Part shown: one piece after another, positions 56,687 through 64,000 of the stretch
How the letters are laid out: every line of letters begins with the position of its first letter
Numbering within the stretch: position 1 is the stretch's first letter
NCBI RefSeq assembly: GCF_000150275.1
Contig: NW_002060968.1
Location: 105,797-169,796 of the forward strand
Length of the DNA: 64,000 nt
Direction: 5' to 3'
Source of the DNA: Trichoplax adhaerens
Taxonomy: Eukaryota; Animalia; Placozoa
The notes under the pieces: model-generated
Database searches by the model: none
Seen by the model: the letters and a program-made list of their open reading frames with translations, nothing else
Told to the model about the DNA's origin: nothing
Translations under genes and position numbers: made by a program

Positions 56687-58948
56687 CTAGTGCAAACTCC
56701 CGTCGCTTTGCTGACGGTTTACATGTAAATGTATCTGTATTTAATAGCAATACAAAATGTCTATATTTAAGAGTACATTACAGTTACAGTACAATCGAAA
56801 TACACTACACAAACAAACTAAACTTACACTTTATTAATAATACTAGTAAAATTCCAGTTCAAATGAACAGGTAAATATTCAACACAAAGCAAGACATTAA
56901 AAGAAAATTTACAGCAAAATTATTTCTTACTACTGTACAAGTGTACATATGTTTGCTCTATAAGAGTAATTAAACTTATTTCAGTATACGCATTATATTA
57001 CCTCTAATCGAGCACACTGGTCATGGTACGTCGCTTACTTGCTTACTGGGTTTAACATGTTTCCTTATATGATCTAGATTGAGACTATAGTATACAAAAT
57101 TTGTTGCCATTTTTTATGTCAGAGTTTTTTTCTTACAAAGTCCGAATGTTAGAAAACATTCTTATAGGCAGTTTATTATAAGTGCATTCTATCCATAAAG
57201 TAGTTCATGATTCGAAAATAACCAAGCAGAATTATTCGTTAAACTGAACTAATATCAGTAAAATTAAGTAGCAATCTTCATCAATGCTAAGATTAAGCTA
57301 GGAGAATTATTGATAAAGCCTTACATTAAACTGATATTTATGTATTAGGTGCAATTTTTGTAGTAGTAAGAATGAAACCGAAAATAATCATGCCATAAGA
57401 ATAGAAAGTAATAGCTAGAGAGACTATGCCACCATTCTATCATCAATATAACTGCCTGAGTACTAGATATTCTGGATGTTGGTAATGATTTCTATTGGCA
57501 ACAGAATTTATTAACCCTTCTTCCATTAACAAGCTGGTAGATATCATAAGCTACTTGTAATCGGTTATATGTACAATTATGGTAATTTAGCGACTATAAG
57601 TTTGTAGAGATTGAATCATGTTATGATCATTATATGTTCTGTAATAAGGAACCAACAGAACAACTATCTTCTATAGAAATGTTGTAGCTTCTTGACGTGA
57701 CAAAAATGGGGCTGCTACGTCGTCACATCTTCAATAATAAATTGTTAACGAATGAAATATATCGATGGTTCATTTTTTTAAAATCGTTCGCATGCTCGCA
57801 AATAGCTTTCAAATCCATAAAAGTAATATAAATTCCGCCATTGTCAATCATACAGTATAGTAAGAAGACATCGATTACAACCATCATTATATCCTCGTAC
57901 GGAAAATATGCCGTCTTACTAATTACGATAGAGAAATGAAGACAAAATATTACAGTTTCTCATCATCAAATATATTGAAAGTAATTTTTAATAGCCTCGA
58001 GTCACAATTATGATTTTGTTAGATGTTGTTATATATTGTACTAGCATACTCAGTCTAGATGTTTGAGAATTCGTTAACGCGTTGTTAAAGCGCCAAGTGA
58101 TGCATTAGTTGGCGGTTAAATTTCATGCTTTATTTTATGAGTTTACTTCATACTGAACGTGATTGAGTCAGTAATTCCATCATCATTTTATATCTACAAA
58201 TATTCTTATAATTTATTTTTGTGCATGTTATATTTTAAATAGCATACGATACAGCTTTATAAAGTCCCTATGCACTGCATAGTCAAAGAAAGATATAAGT
58301 GCCCAGCATACACTATTTTCTTTGATTCGATAACGTATAAAATAAAAGTTATTGGCTGATTGCAATTACAATAAAGTTTGGTCCATGTTTTCCTACAATA
58401 TACTTGACAATAAAGAATAAATAATGATAAAAACAAGTTACTAAAACCACAAAAAGCAAAATAAAGAGTTTAAAACAAAAGGAAAATTATAATTAAAACT
58501 ATTCACCGACATTCTAGAAAATAGAGAGGATAAGCTGACTGTATGCTGTGCTTAATTAATCTAATGTTTAGTATGCGAAATAACTAAGCACTTGTACTAG
58601 TTCACCATTTTTTAATACATTATACACGCAAGTTTAAGTAGCCTAAAAACATATAATTTCATTAAAGTTGCGATAGCACAATGAAAATCAGATAGCCTAT
58701 TGCTGTTGCTTAGGCAATAAATAAATATAGTTAAAACAGGAACTCTTATAAAAATTCAGCGGGAGGACTTAATTGTTGTATCAAAGCCCTCGATAAAATA
58801 ACAACGTGTACACCATTGCTACGAGAATATACTTTTACAGCCACTCCAGTTGCTATAATATCATAAAAATTAGAAATTTAGCCTTTTGTATCAGCTTTTA
58901 CATAACACGACCTAAATTTATGTTTGTTCTGCTTAATGAATTGAAATT

Positions 58949-60085
58949 TTAAGCCGTAGATAGAAATATTGTGCTTTCGGGAGGCAAATATTTATTACGC
59001 TTCAAAGATTTGAGACAGACATTTCCGTTAGCTCTAAAGCAGACTATCTTCATTGAATCGTTGCGGCATACGAGCAGACGGATTGGAGTTAATCCATCAT
59101 GTCTTGATAAGTATTCGATATTAAATTTCCAAATTATAACAATACCATTTCGCTCTTCAATTTCACTGAACTTCTACAACAGTGAAGGCAAGACCTCGTG
59201 TATATCCTATATGACGACAGTGGAGTCAAAATAAACCACTTTACTTCTAAGCAATCTACGTATATATATATACATTGATTACAAAGTATTCCATATTGTA
59301 GAAACGTCTAATTAATCATTTCTCATCTACAAATTACTACGTAAATCCATCGATATTCGTTTTTCTTGTGACTCACTTTCCTTAAGCAAAGCAGCTGTGT
59401 AGGGACCAATTTTGAATTTACTGCTTCAATGCAATGGCTGATATTATCGTCGATACTTTTAGACGTGAATCGTACTATAAATTGAAACGGCAAATTTTTT
59501 TGAAAATTTAGGCAACGACTAATCAGCAATAATTTTAGCTTTCTACTGAAGTGCATTAGAGACCGATAGAATTTGCGGTGTGGTATACAATAGTCTACGT
59601 AGACATGCATTGATAAAATTAGAATATCAATAAATTAAATGCATGATGTGCTAGTGTGAGATAAATGTTTCTTCATATATTTATTATGATAATGTGAATA
59701 AAGTAAGTGAATATTATAATATTAAGCAATGTAGTACATTCTGGACACTTGCGCTTCCATAAATCTCGAAAAGCTAAAATTACTAAAAGTTTTAAAGTGG
59801 AGTATGTTACAATCCACCTAAGGGATAAATATTTCGCTGAAATACTATAACTGCCTCTTAATTAAACAAGAATAAAACGTTCAATCTGAGATAGTTACCA
59901 GTAGTTGTTTCTTCACCGTATTTATATATTCCCGCAAATGTGCAACCATGAGCTGTCAGTGATCCAAGGTCATGCATATAGTAATTATCACACCATGTCA
60001 AGTAACTTCTTAACCGTTGACTGTAAATGTAACAGCCGCAGAAGTCTGATGTAGATGATCTATCAAGTGTATCTCTATTACACAT
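58949..60085 (-). CDS. FGF/IL-1-like family copy 8, ~182 aa: exons 60085-59899, 59474-59338, 59173-58949
   Basis: MCNRDTLDRSSTSDFCGCYIYSQRLRSYLTWCDNYYMHDLGSLTAHGCTFAGIYKYGEETTT|VRFTSKSIDDNISHCIEAVNSKLVPTQLLCLRKVSHKKNEYRWIYV|KFSEIEERNGIVIIWKFNIEYLSRHDGLTPIRLLVCRNDSMKIVCFRANGNVCLKSLKRNKYLPPESTIFLSTA*. DLxxLTAxxxxFA is shared with copy 6. Intact only if the acceptor at 59174-59175 is used. Confidence 0.75.
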
Positions 60086-62085
60086 TAAGCTTGTTTATTG
60101 AACAGATTTTGCAGACTTCTGGCTTCTAAAGTGATACTTTTTAATGAATTTTAAGCTAATAAGAAGCAGACAGCAGAAGGTAACGACACCTAGCGAAGTT
60201 TCTGAGGTTCTGATAAGAGTACCTACGTTGGAAACGAATAATAATGATGATTAAGCAACTAACAAATGAAAAAATTATCTCTTCAATAATTAGAGGAAAA
60301 ACCAAAATGAAAAACGACTACAGGTAAGTCTTTTTTATCGATTACTTTACACAGTTACTTTGACGTAAGGTAAGCATTAAAACTACGTGGTATTAATTAC
60401 AATCTAATTCTAGCAAGCAATCTGTTATCGCATCAGCAGAAATTTTAACCTTAACATCTATTTAAAGCTATTTCATGTAAGCTACACAGCTGTATACTAG
60501 AAAGGGTAATATATGCTACGAAGTCAATAAGCAATGGACTTAATCTGAATACAATTTAATTTAATTTAAAAATATGTTAATAAACTCTATAAATTGAGAA
60601 ATAGCAGTTGATCAATGCTACTTTACCTTGGCTGATCGTATCATTACTATTCGTTAACACGTCAAGAATTCGATATGCAGACATTTAACTACTTTAGCCT
60701 CGATGAAGTTCAGTTTTCGTATAAGAGAGGAAAAAGCTATAGGTTTAAGTGAGCTTGGAAAAAGACTGCACTGCAGTAGCGGTTGCCAGACTAAGATTGA
60801 GATTAAGCACTCAGATTAGTTATCTTGATCTATTAACAAGAAGGGGAAACATAGAGGTTTGAATGAACTAGGACAAAGATTTACACTGTAATAGAGCTTA
60901 CTAGACTAAAGATAAACCTACATCGATCATCATTCATTTATACTCTACTACCACTTTAATCCGTTATAGTTATGCTAATTAATCAATCAACATAATTTGC
61001 ATAGTTTGACAACTTTGATGGATGAGTCATAACGGAAATTAAGAGAAAATCTAGCTAAGAGAATTTTTTCTAGTCACACAGCCTGATGTGAGTTCACGAT
61101 CTTTTGGATGCCTGTTTAAGGCGTCCTCAATTTTGAATTTTGATTGCTAGCTCAAGTTATGGCAAGCTGTTAGAAGACTATGATGCTGAGATACATGCAG
61201 TACAGTTACTTTCGTTAGGAAAACTTTGGCGAAAGTCTGCAACTTAACTCTTCAAACAGACATAGGATTACTATATACGTACATGCAGAAGGTCTATAAT
61301 AACGAACGTTTGCATTCAATTTGCATAATTTATATTAAATAATAAAATATTAATCAGTAAGCGTTGAAGTATCAGTACCTCTGTCTTCGTGCTAGATCAA
61401 GAACTTTGATGACCCAATGGACATAAAGTAAAAGTATAGCTTTAGTATGGGAAAGAAGAGGTTAAATAAACAAAATTATGGAGAAAATTTGCATATAGTG
61501 TCATATAATGCGAGTCCAAACTATCAGATATCCTGATGGGCCTAATGTCTCAGTATGAGAAGAAATATTTCAATATCAGCCTGATCACTCCAAGAAAAGA
61601 TAAGTAGGAAAATCTTGGCAATCAGGTCTTTGAGGTAACTTTTTCGCCTAATACTGAAATATTGACCATCTCACTGTAGTGATTTTCGTTGCAGATACTT
61701 AAGCTGGAAAAATACGTAACGAAATCTAACTTACATACTACTTCAAGCCAGCATGTGATAAGTGAGCTGGATTTTACGTAGGAAAATAGAATCACGTTTT
61801 TAAAGATATCCACGATAAATTATCGATTCATAGACCAAATTTGTTACGGTATAAAGTAAAATTAAAGTTCAGCTATGTGAAATGAATATTTAATGTTTTG
61901 GAAAATACATTATCATAAACTAAGGTTACTCACTCCTTTATAAAATATTTGAATCGAAAGTAAATAAACTGTACGTGCGTGAATGATGTGATATTAGTTA
62001 TACAATAAGCTCTTCAATACCAGATAACATATCCTTACAACAAGAGAATTTAAAGTACTATTATGCCACTTTTGCGGAAGATTGT

Positions 62086-62865
62086 GTAGTAAAAGGACTA
62101 AAAGTAGAGTCCTTTGTAGTTTTTAGTATGTAATTAGTATTATTTTACTATACAAAATACCTAGAAAGTGATAGTGTCTTTAAGTTTTACCCTGCCAAAT
62201 CATCATGTCGCCATCTTTTCTTCTTCATTATTTTACAAGGTATTATATAGATTACTATAGAAGTAGCCCTATAGAGCAAATGCCTAATCTAAAGAAAGGG
62301 CGTTTGATCGTCTATTCAAATTGTAAAGAAATTTGACTTAGTAGCAAAACCCTATCCTTAGAGTAAGGGAATTTATAACATGACGATAAAGTACTGTAAT
62401 GTAGTCTATACTCGTACAGTTACAGTACAATCTGACGCTAAAACATCAACTGTCAATACTCGCGAATACTAAGCGATACTAATGTCAGAAAAGTAGTCGT
62501 AATAGTNNNNNNNNNNNNNNNNNNNNNNNNNNNNNNNNNNNNNNNNNNNNNNNNNNGTACTTTACCGTCATATTATAAATCCCNCTTTCTCTAAGGATAG
62601 GGTTTTGCTACTAAGTCAAATTCCTTTACAACTTGAATAGACGATCAAACGCCCTTTCTTTAGGTTAGGCAATTGCTCTCGGGTTACTTTTATAGTAATC
62701 TATATAATACCTTGTAAAATAATGAAGAAGAAAAGATAGCGACATGATGATTTGGCAGGGTAAAACTTAAAACACTCTCACTTTCTAGGTATTTTCTATA
62801 GTAAAATAGTACTAGTTACGTACTAAAAGCTATAAAGTACTCTACTTTTAGTCCTTTACTACAAT
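62086..62865. repeat. ~310-bp inverted repeat (62086-62394 / 62557-62865) flanking a scaffold gap; a diverged related segment lies at ~23140-23300
   Basis: The right arm is the reverse complement of the left arm with scattered substitutions. TGCCTAATCTAAAGAAAGG and CTTTTCTTCTTCA also occur at ~23180-23262. Confidence 0.8.
62507..62556. other. Assembly gap (50 N)
   Basis: Run of n characters. Confidence 0.99.
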
Positions 62866-64000
62866 AGCTTGTCCAACTTTTAGACTAGAAGAATATTTAC
62901 AGCCATACTATATCTACTTTGAAAGGTAGAACTTTACATACTTCTCATATTTAAAGAAAATTCAAACGCTTATGTAATTTTTATTATGGCGAGGTGGCTG
63001 TTTAATTAGTCGATTTGATTACACTCTCTTTAATAAGAGCAGATATGTCTACAGAATCAAGTGGGACAAATACTTGTCCTATTCTTACAAATATGAAATA
63101 TTTCCTATGGTAGACGATTTATTATTTTTTTCTCTTTTATCTTCATTATATAAATCGTTTTTGCTTGGATTAAGATCTCATTTACCGACTTACATTGCAC
63201 TTTTATGGATTAAACAAGAATATCTGATTATGCAGAGTGCGCTATATTCGCCTTCATCATATCAAACTAATTGACTAACTAGCAATACATTTTAACATTT
63301 TGCTGCTATTAAAAGATGAACTTAGTGTAATTGTTACTAGGTTAGCATAGTAACAACTAGTCATATAAGAATTCGATTCTCTCATCAAAATAGAATTAAA
63401 ATACAACATTCACTAATAGCATAACAAAAGTAAGATTTTATTATTGAATTTGAAGAAAATAATTAGAGCAAACTCTACAAACGTACACCCTATTGATATA
63501 AAACTTTGTATAGTGTAGATCAGTAATTAGATTTTCAGATCGAAATTATGTTAAAAAAGGCAACTGGTATTAAAAATATAAACAGCAATCAGGATTCAAA
63601 AGTTTTTCATTTAAGGTATCAGACTCGTAAGCTAGAATAATATCCACCATTTTATACTTTGCTATGAAAAAACGAGCAAAGAATTAAAAAGTGGGTAAGA
63701 TAATTATCATTTTTACAAACATTTTAGATATCTAGACTTGTACAATAGTTGATCATACTGTTATGATCTATTTCCATTGCCCATTAAGATGAACCATAAT
63801 TGTTACAGTTTGTATTTCAGGATTATCCGTACAATTTATTCTTAATAATAGACTTACGGACTTTATTACTCATTATATTGATTATGATGCTTCTGCAGAT
63901 TGCGAGTGTAGTGTAACATTGAGGGGAAAAAAGATAAATACGAGAAAAAATGGTCATTAGCATAGTTTTGATTAAGAAACCGGGTTATAACATCCCAAAA

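Noticed and set aside
13700-58900. ATTTA (ARE) motifs in putative 3' UTRs as a cytokine-like instability signal
   Set aside because: Uninformative at this AT content without an enrichment test.
15169-59234. + strand ORFs that look homologous to one another (15169/21367, 43715/50289, 58971)
   Set aside because: They are the antisense strand of the conserved - strand exons of the gene family; splice signals support only the - strand.

Overview
AT-rich, intron-containing animal genomic DNA with GT-AG introns and one scaffold gap. The compact introns and composition suggest an early-branching metazoan such as a placozoan (inference). The left end holds the 3' exons of NUDCD2 (+) facing a complete multi-exon GEMIN5 (-). 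From about 14.7 kb to 60.1 kb I manually spliced a tandem array of EIGHT divergent paralogous genes, all on the - strand, which the ORF track shows only as fragments. Six appear intact (mostly ~180-195 aa; copy 1 is 196-221 aa depending on the start) and two are pseudogenes. All share the same core exon architecture (a phase-1 intron, a 119-137 nt exon, then a phase-0 intron) and an invariant L-C-L motif; most also end in F-x(1-3)-G...P-P/R/A-E/D. None has a recognisable signal peptide. Motifs and intron phases match the beta-trefoil cytokine superfamily (FGF / IL-1), so this looks like a rapidly evolving cluster of leaderless FGF/IL-1-like ligands. The fold and family are inferred, not computed. 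Intergenic DNA contains two tandem repeat arrays, two interspersed repeats, a GCGCGC palindrome cluster and an inverted repeat across the gap.
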